From positions 2,562,987 through 2,594,986 of the forward strand of contig NZ_CP031153.1 of NCBI RefSeq assembly GCF_003352465.1: a stretch of DNA of 32,000 nt, given 5' to 3'. Source of the stretch: Kordia sp. SMS9 (lineage in GTDB: Bacteria > Bacteroidota > Bacteroidia > Flavobacteriales > Flavobacteriaceae). This document shows positions 8,754 through 18,044 of the stretch, piece after piece. Both the position numbers and the translations under genes were made by a program. Within the stretch, counting starts at the first letter, position 1; each line of letters begins with the position of its first letter. The notes beneath the pieces are model-generated. The model was not told the DNA's origin. It saw nothing but the letters and a program-made list of their open reading frames with translations, and ran no database searches.

Positions 8754-9341
8754 ATGCAAATGTATAAAGTTTTTATCAATGAAAAGCTCATTATTGTATC
8801 AAATGAGGTGCAAAAGAGTGAAATTTCCGACACGTATTTATTGAAAGATGTTGATTTTGAGTGGCTTATAGGAAAATTGAATGCTGGGAAATTAGATAAA
8901 GCGATACTTTATCACGATAAAGGTGAAGAATTACTAGAAGTACTATATTCTAGGCTTCCGTTAGTAGAAGCGGCGGGCGGTTTGGTGAAAAATGATCGTC
9001 ATGAAACCTTGTTTATTTTTAGAAACGGAAAGTGGGATCTGCCGAAAGGCAAAACCGAAAAAGGCGAAAATATGGAAGAAACCGCCATCCGTGAAGTAGA
9101 AGAAGAAACAGGTGTTAAAGGATTGACAATTAGCGATTTTTTAATGCAAACCTATCATATTTTCAAGCGAAACGGCGAATATCGCTTAAAGTTGACACAT
9201 TGGTATGAGATGAAAACTTCGTATGACGGAGAATTATTCCCACAAATAGACGAAGATATTATGAAAGTAGAATGGAAAAGTGAAACAGAAGCTACTGTTG
9301 CACTGCAAAATTCGTATGAGAATATAAAGTTGTTGTTTTAA
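8754..9341 (+). CDS. NUDIX hydrolase
   Basis: The Nudix box GKWDLPKGKTEKGENMEETAIREVEEETGV is present. ATG 8754 (or 8760) is preferred over the upstream extension, which is antisense to pyrE. Confidence 0.85.
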   Translation: MQMYKVFINEKLIIVSNEVQKSEISDTYLLKDVDFEWLIGKLNAGKLDKAILYHDKGEELLEVLYSRLPLVEAAGGLVKNDRHETLFIFRNGKWDLPKGKTEKGENMEETAIREVEEETGVKGLTISDFLMQTYHIFKRNGEYRLKLTHWYEMKTSYDGELFPQIDEDIMKVEWKSETEATVALQNSYENIKLLF

Positions 9342-9405
9342 TCTAGACGACTTAGACTTGTTAAATTTTTAGATGAATAGACTTTTTTATTTTTGATCTA
9401 ACAAT

Positions 9406-11157
9406 CTAACGAGCAATTCTAAAAATAGGATAGCGCAAATGTGCTTTTTCGTAGTGATTTGATTTCATGTAAATCCACCGTAATTGTTGTCTGGCACTGT
9501 TGGCAAACGTTTCATCAGAAGCTTTCAATTGCTCAAATTCGGCTTTCCAATCAGGATTATTTTGGAGCAATTCTTTGGCTTCGTCTTCAAAAACGTAGGC
9601 GGAAAATCCTTCTTTTTGTTGTAAAATGGTATCGAAGAAATTCCAATTAAAAAACGAATCTACCGCTTCAGGCTCTAGTGTTTCTAACAAATACCGAAAT
9701 GCAGTTTGATTGGTGTTTGCAATGAAGTCACCTTTTCTAAAACCAATTTTTTGTGTTGATTTTGTCACTTCTGTGTTGTAATGCGGATAATGACCTTCAT
9801 ACGGATTGGTATGGGTTTTAAAATCTTTAATATGATAGACTTCAACCTCAACAATTGTATCTTTTTTAATAGTTTCAAATGTAACTTTATTCAATTTTAG
9901 CAACTCAATCACGTTGTGCCAACCTTGCGGAATGATGTATGCTTTGGGTACCGTAACTTCTTTGGTCGCCTTAAAATAATTGAAATAGTCAACATCTTTT
10001 GTAAACGGTTTGTTCGAATCATATTTTAGACGTTTTTGACCTGTGAGTTCACTTGTTACAAATTCGCCTTCAAAACCTTTAAAATTCAATACAGATTTTT
10101 GTTCTCGATCCAATGTCCATTGTACAGGATAGGTTTTCGCATTTACAAAAGAATCATGCGTTTTCTTGCGAATGTTTTTAATGTCTGAATGTTGTTTGGT
10201 TTCTATGTTTTCAATCAATGCGTCCATCAATGCATACGTTCCTTCCACGCGTTGTTTGTAGGGTTTTAGCATGTGTGTTTCTACCATTAATCCCAGCGTA
10301 TTAAACAAGGTTGTGTATCCTGTAGAATAGCGTGGCGAATCCATAAACTGGGAAAATCCACTATCTGGCGTACGTCCAAAAACATTGACGTACGGCGTAA
10401 TGTCCCACTCATTTTTTAGTAATGTTGCTTCCAAATCGGGCATCATGGTTTCGTGTAAAAAAGTACCAGCTTCATGCCCTAATTTGTTATGTTGTGTAAA
10501 TAAATGTGTCAATGTGTATTGATAATCGGCACCATTACTCACATGATTGTCCACAAACACATCGGGCTGTACTTTGTGGAAAATTTCAGCAAAAGCTTTG
10601 GCATTGCGTGTGTCCGATTTGATAAAATCACGATTCAAATCATAATTTTGGGCATTTCCGCGAAAACCATAGGCTTCTGGGCCATTTTGATTGGCTCTTG
10701 TACCCGAATTACGGTTCAAACTTCCGCCCACATTATACACAGGAATTGCGGAAATGACTACATTTTTCGGTGCTTCTTTGGTTCCGTTTGCCAAATCGCG
10801 CAAGAGCATCATTGTCGCGTCAATTCCGTCACTTTCTCCTGGATGAATTCCGTTGTTGACTAATAAAACGATTTTTTCTTTACGAATGTTCTCAAAATCA
10901 AAATTTCCATCTGGATTATACGTCACTAAATGCAACGGTTTTCCTGAATCTGTGAGTCCCACAGTTTCTATATGAATCTGATCGTACTGTTCAGCTAAAT
11001 TTTCATAAAAAGCAATCACTTCTGCGTATGTTGGTGTTTGTGTTCCGCCCGATTTCTCAAAAGTCGTCGTAAAATCGTAAGTAGTTTTGGTTTCTTTCTT
11101 TTCAGAAGAACAAGCAGAAAATAGTGAAATACAGCAGATGAATAGTAGTTTTTTCAT
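9406..11157 (-). CDS. M14-family zinc carboxypeptidase, lipoprotein
   Basis: The signal peptide plus lipobox is MKKLLFICCISLFSAC. NNGIHPGESDG supplies the HxxE zinc motif, and the region NYDLNRDF is also present. Confidence 0.82.
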   Translation of the reverse strand: MKKLLFICCISLFSACSSEKKETKTTYDFTTTFEKSGGTQTPTYAEVIAFYENLAEQYDQIHIETVGLTDSGKPLHLVTYNPDGNFDFENIRKEKIVLLVNNGIHPGESDGIDATMMLLRDLANGTKEAPKNVVISAIPVYNVGGSLNRNSGTRANQNGPEAYGFRGNAQNYDLNRDFIKSDTRNAKAFAEIFHKVQPDVFVDNHVSNGADYQYTLTHLFTQHNKLGHEAGTFLHETMMPDLEATLLKNEWDITPYVNVFGRTPDSGFSQFMDSPRYSTGYTTLFNTLGLMVETHMLKPYKQRVEGTYALMDALIENIETKQHSDIKNIRKKTHDSFVNAKTYPVQWTLDREQKSVLNFKGFEGEFVTSELTGQKRLKYDSNKPFTKDVDYFNYFKATKEVTVPKAYIIPQGWHNVIELLKLNKVTFETIKKDTIVEVEVYHIKDFKTHTNPYEGHYPHYNTEVTKSTQKIGFRKGDFIANTNQTAFRYLLETLEPEAVDSFFNWNFFDTILQQKEGFSAYVFEDEAKELLQNNPDWKAEFEQLKASDETFANSARQQLRWIYMKSNHYEKAHLRYPIFRIAR

Positions 11158-11245
11158 GAAAATGATCTTTAGCGTGTCAAACTTAGGCAAAAAAATAGAA
11201 AAATCGGGTTTCGTTCATTAGTTGATCATTTCATAATCTTAAAAA

Positions 11246-11276
11246 CTTGCAAGACAAAATAATAGCTGTATTTTTG
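11246..11276 (+). promoter_or_regulatory. Candidate Bacteroidota sigma-A promoter for the SulP gene
   Basis: TATTTTTG (11269-11276) fits the -7 consensus TAnnTTTG. A cTTG lies at 11246-11249, 19 nt upstream. The motif ends 38 nt before the ATG. Confidence 0.35.
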
Positions 11277-11314
11277 CCGCTTCTTATTTTCAAGAGAATC
11301 ACAATAGTATACCT

Positions 11315-12925
11315 ATGACGGAGTTTATTAGAAAGCGCGCGGCGAATGCCAAAAATGATATTTTGAGTGGATTAACAGTGGCGTTGGCATTAGTGCCAGA
11401 AGCGGTTGCGTTTGCCTTTGTGGCAGATGTTCCGCCGATGGTTGGATTGTACGGCGCGTTTATGATGGGATTGATCACGGCTATTTTTGGAGGACGACCA
11501 GGCATGATTTCAGGAGCTACAGGCGCGATGGCAGTTGTCATGGTTGCTTTGGTAGCGAAAGGAAACGAACTAGGTCTCGAAACTGGCATTGAAGATCAAG
11601 GATTGCTGTTTTTATTCATCACATTGTTAATGGTTGGCGTGATTCAAGCCTTGGCGGGAACGTTTAAACTAGGAAAATTTGTCCGATTGATTCCACATCC
11701 AGTCATGATGGGATTTGTAAATGGTTTGGCAATTGTCATTTTTATGTCGCAGCTTGAAATGTTTAAAACAGGAAGTGGCGATAGCAAAGTTTGGCTTGAA
11801 GGTTCAGCAATGTGGATTATGCTAGGTTTGGTAGGATTGACGATGTTGATTATGTGGGGATTGCCAAAATTGACCAAGAAATTGCCCGAAGCATTGATCG
11901 CTATTATTGTCGTTTCTGCAATTGTAATTTTAGGAAATGTAGATGATGTAGCTACGGTAAAATCGTTTATTGTAGAAGGTAGTAACGGAGAAAGTACAGG
12001 ATTGAAAGGTGGATTGCCAACGTTTCAAACAGCAATATTTTCTGCGGAATTGTGGTCATTGAAGAATTTACTAATTATGGCGCCGTATGCGTTCATTTTG
12101 GCAGCGATCGGATTGATAGAATCACTCATGACGTTAAATTTAGTAGACGAACTCACAGAAACACGCGGAAATAGCAACCGTGAATGTTTGGCACAAGGTG
12201 GCGCCAATATCTTAAACGGACTCTTTGGAGGAATGGGCGGTTGTGCGATGATTGGACAATCAATTATAAATATTAAAGGTGGCGGACGCGGACGACTTTC
12301 TGGTATAGTTGCAGCTGTGGCACTATTATGCTTTATTCTTTTTGCTTCCGGATTGATAGAACAAGTACCAATTGCGGCATTGGTCGGAGTCATGTTTATG
12401 GTTGTGATTGGAACCTTTGCCTGGAGTAGCTTTCGAATTTTAAACAAAATTCCATTAAGTGATGCGATTGTATTAATTGCCGTTTCGTTAATCACCGTTT
12501 GGAAAGATTTAGCAGTAGCCGTAATTGCAGGTGTTATTATTTCTGCCTTGGTATTTTCATGGGAAAACGCCAAACGTATTCGTGCGCGCAAAAAAATATT
12601 GGACGATGGCACGAAAGTATACGAAATTTTTGGGCCTTTATTTTTTGGAAGCATTCAAGCGTTTAGTAATAAATTTGATATAAAAAATGATCCTGATGTA
12701 GTAGTTGTTGATTTTATGGAATCGAGAGTTTCAGATCATTCTGCGTTGGAAGCTATTTTCAATCTGACCAAAAAATACGAAGCCGCTGGAAAACAACTGC
12801 GTATCAAGCATTTGAGCGACGACTGTAAAGCCTTGATGATCAAAGCTTCTCCAAAATTGGCCAACGTTATCGAAGACGCTGTAGATGATCCGCGATACTA
12901 TGTAATGATGGATTTACAGAAATAA
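11315..12925 (+). CDS. SulP-family anion (sulfate) permease with C-terminal STAS domain
   Basis: The N-terminus DILSGLTVALALVPEAVAFA, a polytopic core and the STAS-like tail VYEIFGPLFFGS...VVVDFMESRVSDHSALEAI are all present. Confidence 0.9.
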   Translation: MTEFIRKRAANAKNDILSGLTVALALVPEAVAFAFVADVPPMVGLYGAFMMGLITAIFGGRPGMISGATGAMAVVMVALVAKGNELGLETGIEDQGLLFLFITLLMVGVIQALAGTFKLGKFVRLIPHPVMMGFVNGLAIVIFMSQLEMFKTGSGDSKVWLEGSAMWIMLGLVGLTMLIMWGLPKLTKKLPEALIAIIVVSAIVILGNVDDVATVKSFIVEGSNGESTGLKGGLPTFQTAIFSAELWSLKNLLIMAPYAFILAAIGLIESLMTLNLVDELTETRGNSNRECLAQGGANILNGLFGGMGGCAMIGQSIINIKGGGRGRLSGIVAAVALLCFILFASGLIEQVPIAALVGVMFMVVIGTFAWSSFRILNKIPLSDAIVLIAVSLITVWKDLAVAVIAGVIISALVFSWENAKRIRARKKILDDGTKVYEIFGPLFFGSIQAFSNKFDIKNDPDVVVVDFMESRVSDHSALEAIFNLTKKYEAAGKQLRIKHLSDDCKALMIKASPKLANVIEDAVDDPRYYVMMDLQK

Positions 12926-13005
12926 TATGACGTCAAAAGTGTTAAAAATCAAAAAGCAACGCTAATTTTTGTATCTTTTCAACTGATTTAGCCCACTTAC
13001 TACAC

Positions 13006-15222
13006 ATGACTGCTTTACGAGTATTTTTATTACTTTTCGTCTTTGCAACTGCAATGCGTGGACAAACAGCTCATGTCATTTCTAAAGACAGCATTATTAC
13101 GTTGCAAAAAGGCGCAAAAGAATTGTTTGCAAAGCGCAAATTTAATGAGGCTATTCGTTACAGTGAACGCGCGTTGAAACATGCTTCTTCCATAAAAAAT
13201 GACAGTCTTATTGCCGAAGCATATTGTACGTTAGGAATGGTGTATATTCAAATGCAATTCAAAGATCGCGCCATTGAAAATTTCGACAAGGCAATTGTAT
13301 ATTTCACCAAAAAAAATAATACAAAACGCTTGATGCAAATTCACAGCGATATTGGATATTATTTGTTCAAAAATGATCAAGCGGACGCTGCGGAATCACA
13401 TTTAAAATTAGGATTGGCACTTTCAAAAAATTTTAAAGCAGATATCAGTTCTATAAAACCAAAATACTATATAGGACAGTTGTTTTTAAGCAAAGAAGCC
13501 TACGACAAAGCTAAAGATTGCTTTCAAAAAGTGATTGCATATTGTAATGATAATCCAAATTATTTACCGCATCACGATATGCTACAAGGCGCGTATTATT
13601 TTAGTGGAAAAGCTTCTTTTTTGCAAGGAAATTTAGACGAAGCTGAGACCTTTTATAAAAACACAATCGCTATTTGTGATGCTTCTCACAAAGAACATTT
13701 GGAAGTATTGTCACTAGCCTATCAAGACCTTACTAAAATACATGCAGCGAAAGGGGAAAAAACAGCAGAATTAGAAGCACTTGCCAAACATATAGAAGCT
13801 TACGAAAATTTCAGTTTGTACAAAAAGGAAAAACTTCTTTCGGAGATTGTTTTAAAATATGGAATTGACGAATACGAAGATCGTTTGGAAGCCATTGAGG
13901 CAGATCAAGAAACGAAAGAATTGTATATTGATAATTTTCAAAGATTGACGACTATTCTCGTCGTTATTTTGGTAATTTTGGTGTTGTTAACAGGCGTTTT
14001 CTATTTGAATCAGCGTGCCAGAGTTCGTACAAATGCCTTGTTGAGCGGACAAAACAAACAACTGATAGAAGCGAAAAAACGAATTGAAAATGTGTCTAAA
14101 ATTCGCACAAACTTCTTCTCATTGATCAGTCACGAATTGCGAACACCTTTGTATGCTATCATTGGAATGACCAATTTGTTATTGTTAGAAAAACCTGAAA
14201 AATTTCAAGAAAAATATTTAAAGTCTTTAAAGTTTTCGGGCGAACATTTACTTGCAATTATCAATAATATTCTACAAATGAATAAGGTAGAAGCGAGCAA
14301 AACGAAAGCGATAGAAGAGAATGTGGATTTGCGTAAAAATATCAAAAATGTCATTACTTCTGTGAACTTTCTTGTGAAAGAAAACCGCAATATAATTGAA
14401 GTAAAAATTGATGAAAATATTCCTTCACAATTATTGGGCGACAGTTTAAAAATTTCACAGATTTTGTTCAATCTATTAGACAATGCGGTTCGTTACAATA
14501 TGGAAGCCAACATTCGCTTGCGCATCAAACAAGTTGCGGAAACTGCGGAAACCGTGGTGCTGAAATTTTCTGTAAAGGACAATGGCTTGGGCATTCCACA
14601 GCAAAAAAAGCATGTTATTTTTGAAAATTTAGAAAAAGGAATCATTCTCACGGAAGATAATGGATATTTGGATTTAGGTTTGGGACTCTCAACGGTAAAC
14701 AATCTACTGAAAGTACTAAAATCCAAACTGCATTTACGAAGCGTGTTAAACAGAGGTTCTGAATTTTACTTTGAACTAGAACTGAGAAAAGTAGAAATTG
14801 CATCAATGGAAGAGGATGTTGAAATTCAACATAAAACCTACAACTTTAAAGATATCAGCGTTTTAATTGTGGACGACAATGCTGTGAATGGATTGTTGAC
14901 ACAGAAAATTCTGGAACGGCAACAGATTCAAACCAAAGTAGTACTGAGTGGTTTTTCGGCGTTGGACATCATAGAAAAACAAAAATTTGATTTGATTTTG
15001 ATGGACATGTTCATGCCAAAATTGAACGGTTTGGAAACCATTGAAAAAATTCGCGAAAACAACCATGACATTCCTATCATTTTATTAACTGCGATGGAAG
15101 TTTCGGATGCGTATGCAAAAGCTGTAAATACAACAATAAGCGGGGTTATTAGCAAGCCGTTTGAACCAGAAATGTTGTATGGTAAAATTGACGATGTAAT
15201 TCACCAAGCAAGTGAAGAATAA
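13006..15222 (+). CDS. TPR-containing hybrid sensor histidine kinase/response regulator (paralog 1)
   Basis: Domain order is signal peptide, TPR-like repeats, coiled coil, one TM (ILVVILVILVLLTGVF), H-box FFSLISHELRTPL, N-box LLDNAVRYN, G1 DNGLGI and a receiver (VDDN...LILMDMFMPKLNG...SKPF). Confidence 0.9.
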   Translation: MTALRVFLLLFVFATAMRGQTAHVISKDSIITLQKGAKELFAKRKFNEAIRYSERALKHASSIKNDSLIAEAYCTLGMVYIQMQFKDRAIENFDKAIVYFTKKNNTKRLMQIHSDIGYYLFKNDQADAAESHLKLGLALSKNFKADISSIKPKYYIGQLFLSKEAYDKAKDCFQKVIAYCNDNPNYLPHHDMLQGAYYFSGKASFLQGNLDEAETFYKNTIAICDASHKEHLEVLSLAYQDLTKIHAAKGEKTAELEALAKHIEAYENFSLYKKEKLLSEIVLKYGIDEYEDRLEAIEADQETKELYIDNFQRLTTILVVILVILVLLTGVFYLNQRARVRTNALLSGQNKQLIEAKKRIENVSKIRTNFFSLISHELRTPLYAIIGMTNLLLLEKPEKFQEKYLKSLKFSGEHLLAIINNILQMNKVEASKTKAIEENVDLRKNIKNVITSVNFLVKENRNIIEVKIDENIPSQLLGDSLKISQILFNLLDNAVRYNMEANIRLRIKQVAETAETVVLKFSVKDNGLGIPQQKKHVIFENLEKGIILTEDNGYLDLGLGLSTVNNLLKVLKSKLHLRSVLNRGSEFYFELELRKVEIASMEEDVEIQHKTYNFKDISVLIVDDNAVNGLLTQKILERQQIQTKVVLSGFSALDIIEKQKFDLILMDMFMPKLNGLETIEKIRENNHDIPIILLTAMEVSDAYAKAVNTTISGVISKPFEPEMLYGKIDDVIHQASEE

Positions 15223-17392
15223 GGATCTTTTACATATCGTCCTTTGTTGGTTGTTTTGTGTTCAATTGAATGCGCAGACGGTTTCTTTTGATAGTATTGA
15301 AAAACTGAACCAGGCAGCATTCAAATTTGCCCGTGATTATAAATATGGAAAAGCACTCTCTTACAGTTATATCGCTATACAACATGCTACTGCCAATGAA
15401 AATGATACAAACTTAGCTTCTTCATATTACACGTTGGCATCCACCTACCGACGCATGCAATATTTTGGGAAAGCAAAAAAATATTTTCAAAAATCATTGG
15501 CTCTTTATCAAGAGTTGAACAAAACGAGTCAGATTTTATTGGTGTATCAAGTTTTGACTCGTATGGCTGAGCAGGAAAAAGAATTTAAAAAGGCTCATGG
15601 ATATCTTTCAACGGCATACAAACTGGCAAAAACATCTGAAAAAGTAGAAGATATGCTAGTGCTCGATTGGGGAAAAATAGCCTTATTGCAAGCTGAAAAA
15701 AGATATGAAGATGTATTGGAATTTGTAAAAGAAGTAGAAACGCGTGTCAAAGCTTCTACGGATAGCAAGTTGTTTTTTACCGCTCGGATTAATTATTTGG
15801 AATTTGTAAAAGGAGAAGCTTATTATTATTTGGGCGATTATGAAAATGCGCAAAAATTCTTAGAAAAACATATTTCTAACGAATATGTGCATGTCAATGA
15901 TTTGGCAACTTCCTACAATCAATTATCCGTAATCTATAAAACGCAAGGAAATATTGAAAAACAGCGAGAAGCAGAATTGAACTATCAAGAAAATCTAAAA
16001 AAGAAGTTGAATGACGATCAATTGCGATTGGAAGAAGAATTGCAAACGGAGTACAGTCTGAGCAAAGATCAACTCAAGTTAGATGAATTAGAAGAAAAAA
16101 ATTATCAAAAAACCATCATTGTCAACCGATTTAAAGTGGTGTTGGTCATTATCATTTTATTGCTGATTGGTTGTATCATTTTGGGAACGCTCATCATAAA
16201 GGCAATTTACAAAAAAATAAAAAGTAACAAACTCCTACGTATCAAGTACAACAAGTTAGAAGAAGCAAAGTTAAAAGCGGAAATGACGTCTAAAACGAAG
16301 TCAAATTTCTTCTCTATGATGAGTCATGAATTGCGCACACCTTTGTATGCAGTAACAGGAATTACACATTTACTATTGGAAGAAAGTCCAAGACCTTCGC
16401 AGCAGCAATATTTAAAATCGTTAAAGTTTTCGGGCGATCATTTATTGTCTTTGGTGAATAATATTTTGCAAGCCAACAAGCTGGAAGATAATACGATTAC
16501 CATTGGCGAATCTACGTTTAATTTAAAGGCGAATATTGACAATATCATCAAGTCGTTTGATTTGTTGATAAAAGATCGAGAAAACGAACTGAACATTGCG
16601 TACGATACGGAAATTCCAGAATTGTTAGTCGGAGATAGTTTGAAAATTTCTCAAATATTGATCAATCTCATTAGTAACGCCATTAAGTTTACCAAAAACG
16701 GAACCATTCGTTTGAGTGTGGAAAAAGTAGCAGAAACGGAACAAGATGTGCAACTGCATTTTTGTGTACAAGATACAGGCATCGGAATTCCGAAAGAAAA
16801 GCAGGAAAAAGTATTTGAAATGTTCTCTCAAAATCATGATGAGGTCAATCAAGTTTATCAAGGTTCTGGTTTGGGATTGTCTATTGTAAAAAGACTCTTG
16901 AAGTTATATGACAGTGAAATACACTTAGAAAGTAAAGTCAATGTTGGGACTACATTTACGTTCAACATTCGCTTCCCAAAAGCGATTGAGAATGTAGACA
17001 TAACCTCAGAAGTTGATATTGATGATGTAGATTTTAGTCAGTTGAAAATGTTGGTCGTAGATGATAATACCATTAATCAAATGTTGACTAAGAAGATTCT
17101 GTCTACCAAACAAATTTCTACGGATATTGTGGCAAGTGGTGCAGAAGCGATTGAAATTGTGAAGAACAATCATTACGATTTGATTTTGATGGACATTCAC
17201 ATGCCAGAAATGGACGGTTACGAAGCAACATCTGCCATTCGAAAATTCAATACAAAAGTGCCCATTATTGCGTTTACCGCAGTTTCTTTGGATGACAGTC
17301 TGCCAAAAATCATTAATTCGGGCATGAACGACATGATTATAAAACCGTTTGTAGCCAAACAATTATTTACGTTGATTCAGAAGTATATGTAG
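15212..17392 (+). CDS. TPR-containing hybrid sensor histidine kinase/response regulator (paralog 2)
   Basis: The architecture matches paralog 1: H-box FFSMMSHELRTPL, G1 DTGIGI, G2 GSGLGLS and a receiver LILMDIHMPEMDG...IKPF. It uses a GTG start that overlaps the upstream stop by 11 nt, and its N-terminus looks like a signal peptide. Confidence 0.88.
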   Translation: MKNKDLLHIVLCWLFCVQLNAQTVSFDSIEKLNQAAFKFARDYKYGKALSYSYIAIQHATANENDTNLASSYYTLASTYRRMQYFGKAKKYFQKSLALYQELNKTSQILLVYQVLTRMAEQEKEFKKAHGYLSTAYKLAKTSEKVEDMLVLDWGKIALLQAEKRYEDVLEFVKEVETRVKASTDSKLFFTARINYLEFVKGEAYYYLGDYENAQKFLEKHISNEYVHVNDLATSYNQLSVIYKTQGNIEKQREAELNYQENLKKKLNDDQLRLEEELQTEYSLSKDQLKLDELEEKNYQKTIIVNRFKVVLVIIILLLIGCIILGTLIIKAIYKKIKSNKLLRIKYNKLEEAKLKAEMTSKTKSNFFSMMSHELRTPLYAVTGITHLLLEESPRPSQQQYLKSLKFSGDHLLSLVNNILQANKLEDNTITIGESTFNLKANIDNIIKSFDLLIKDRENELNIAYDTEIPELLVGDSLKISQILINLISNAIKFTKNGTIRLSVEKVAETEQDVQLHFCVQDTGIGIPKEKQEKVFEMFSQNHDEVNQVYQGSGLGLSIVKRLLKLYDSEIHLESKVNVGTTFTFNIRFPKAIENVDITSEVDIDDVDFSQLKMLVVDDNTINQMLTKKILSTKQISTDIVASGAEAIEIVKNNHYDLILMDIHMPEMDGYEATSAIRKFNTKVPIIAFTAVSLDDSLPKIINSGMNDMIIKPFVAKQLFTLIQKYM

Positions 17393-17398
17393 TTTTAT

Positions 17399-17434
17399 GC
17401 GCTTCACTCCGACAAGCTCAGTGTGAACGCTTTT
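17399..17434 (+). terminator. F1 hairpin repeat copy followed by TTTT, 6 nt after the kinase stop
   Basis: gcgcttcac-TCCGACAAGCTCA-gtgtgaacgc followed by tttt. Confidence 0.5.
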
Positions 17435-17470
17435 GGATCGCTTTGCGTGTGTTTTTAGAATTTCTCTTGC

Positions 17471-17523
17471 GTTACTTCGAGTAAATTTGCTTCGCAAATT
17501 TGTATCGAGAAGTACTTTGAAAC
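17471..17523 (+). repeat. Half copy of composite repeat F2 (copy c)
   Basis: GTTACTTCGAGT, then the hairpin AAATTTGC-ttc-GCAAATTT, then TGTATCGAGAAGTACTTTGAAAC. The 3' modules present at 1620-1663 are missing here. Confidence 0.7.
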
Positions 17524-17556
17524 TCTTTTTTAGTTCATATTTACCTAATACCTAAA

Positions 17557-18009
17557 TTAAACTCTCACCGTATCCGGAACTAACAACGTATAATCTCCAT
17601 TGTGGTGAATGACTTCACGAACAATTGAAGAAGAAATATAGGAAGTCGTTGCGGAAGTTAATAAGAAAACAGTTTCTATCGGAGCCAAATCGCGGTTTGT
17701 GTGTGCAATTGCTTTTTCAAACTCAAAATCAGCAGGATTTCGAAGTCCACGCAAAATAAAATCTACATTATTTTTTTGGCAAAAATCAACCGTCAACCCT
17801 TCATACGTTACCACTTTCACATTCGGTTCATCCTTAAAAGAATCTTCAATAAATTTTTTGCGTTGTTCCAAACTAAACATGTATTTCTTTGCAGAATTCA
17901 CGCCAATCGCCACAATCACTTCATCAAACAATTTGATGCCACGTTTGATAATGTCATAATGTCCTAAAGTGATCGGATCAAAAGATCCTGGGAAAATTGC
18001 TCGTTTCAT
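17557..18009 (-). CDS. coaD: pantetheine-phosphate adenylyltransferase
   Basis: MKRAIFPGSFDPITLGHYDII contains the (T/H)xGH motif; the protein is 150 aa. Confidence 0.95.
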   Translation of the reverse strand: MKRAIFPGSFDPITLGHYDIIKRGIKLFDEVIVAIGVNSAKKYMFSLEQRKKFIEDSFKDEPNVKVVTYEGLTVDFCQKNNVDFILRGLRNPADFEFEKAIAHTNRDLAPIETVFLLTSATTSYISSSIVREVIHHNGDYTLLVPDTVRV

Positions 18010-18044
18010 GTTGTAAGGATTGTGATAAAAACAATGACAAGGTA

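Noticed and set aside
11299-12654. Minus-strand ORFs (96, 77 and 209 aa) antisense to the SulP permease gene
   Set aside because: These are shadow ORFs of a polytopic membrane gene. The sense frame carries the SulP and STAS motifs.
14205-17362. Several 67-118-aa minus-strand ORFs inside the two kinase genes
   Set aside because: They are antisense to well-supported kinase and receiver domains and have no start context or motifs.
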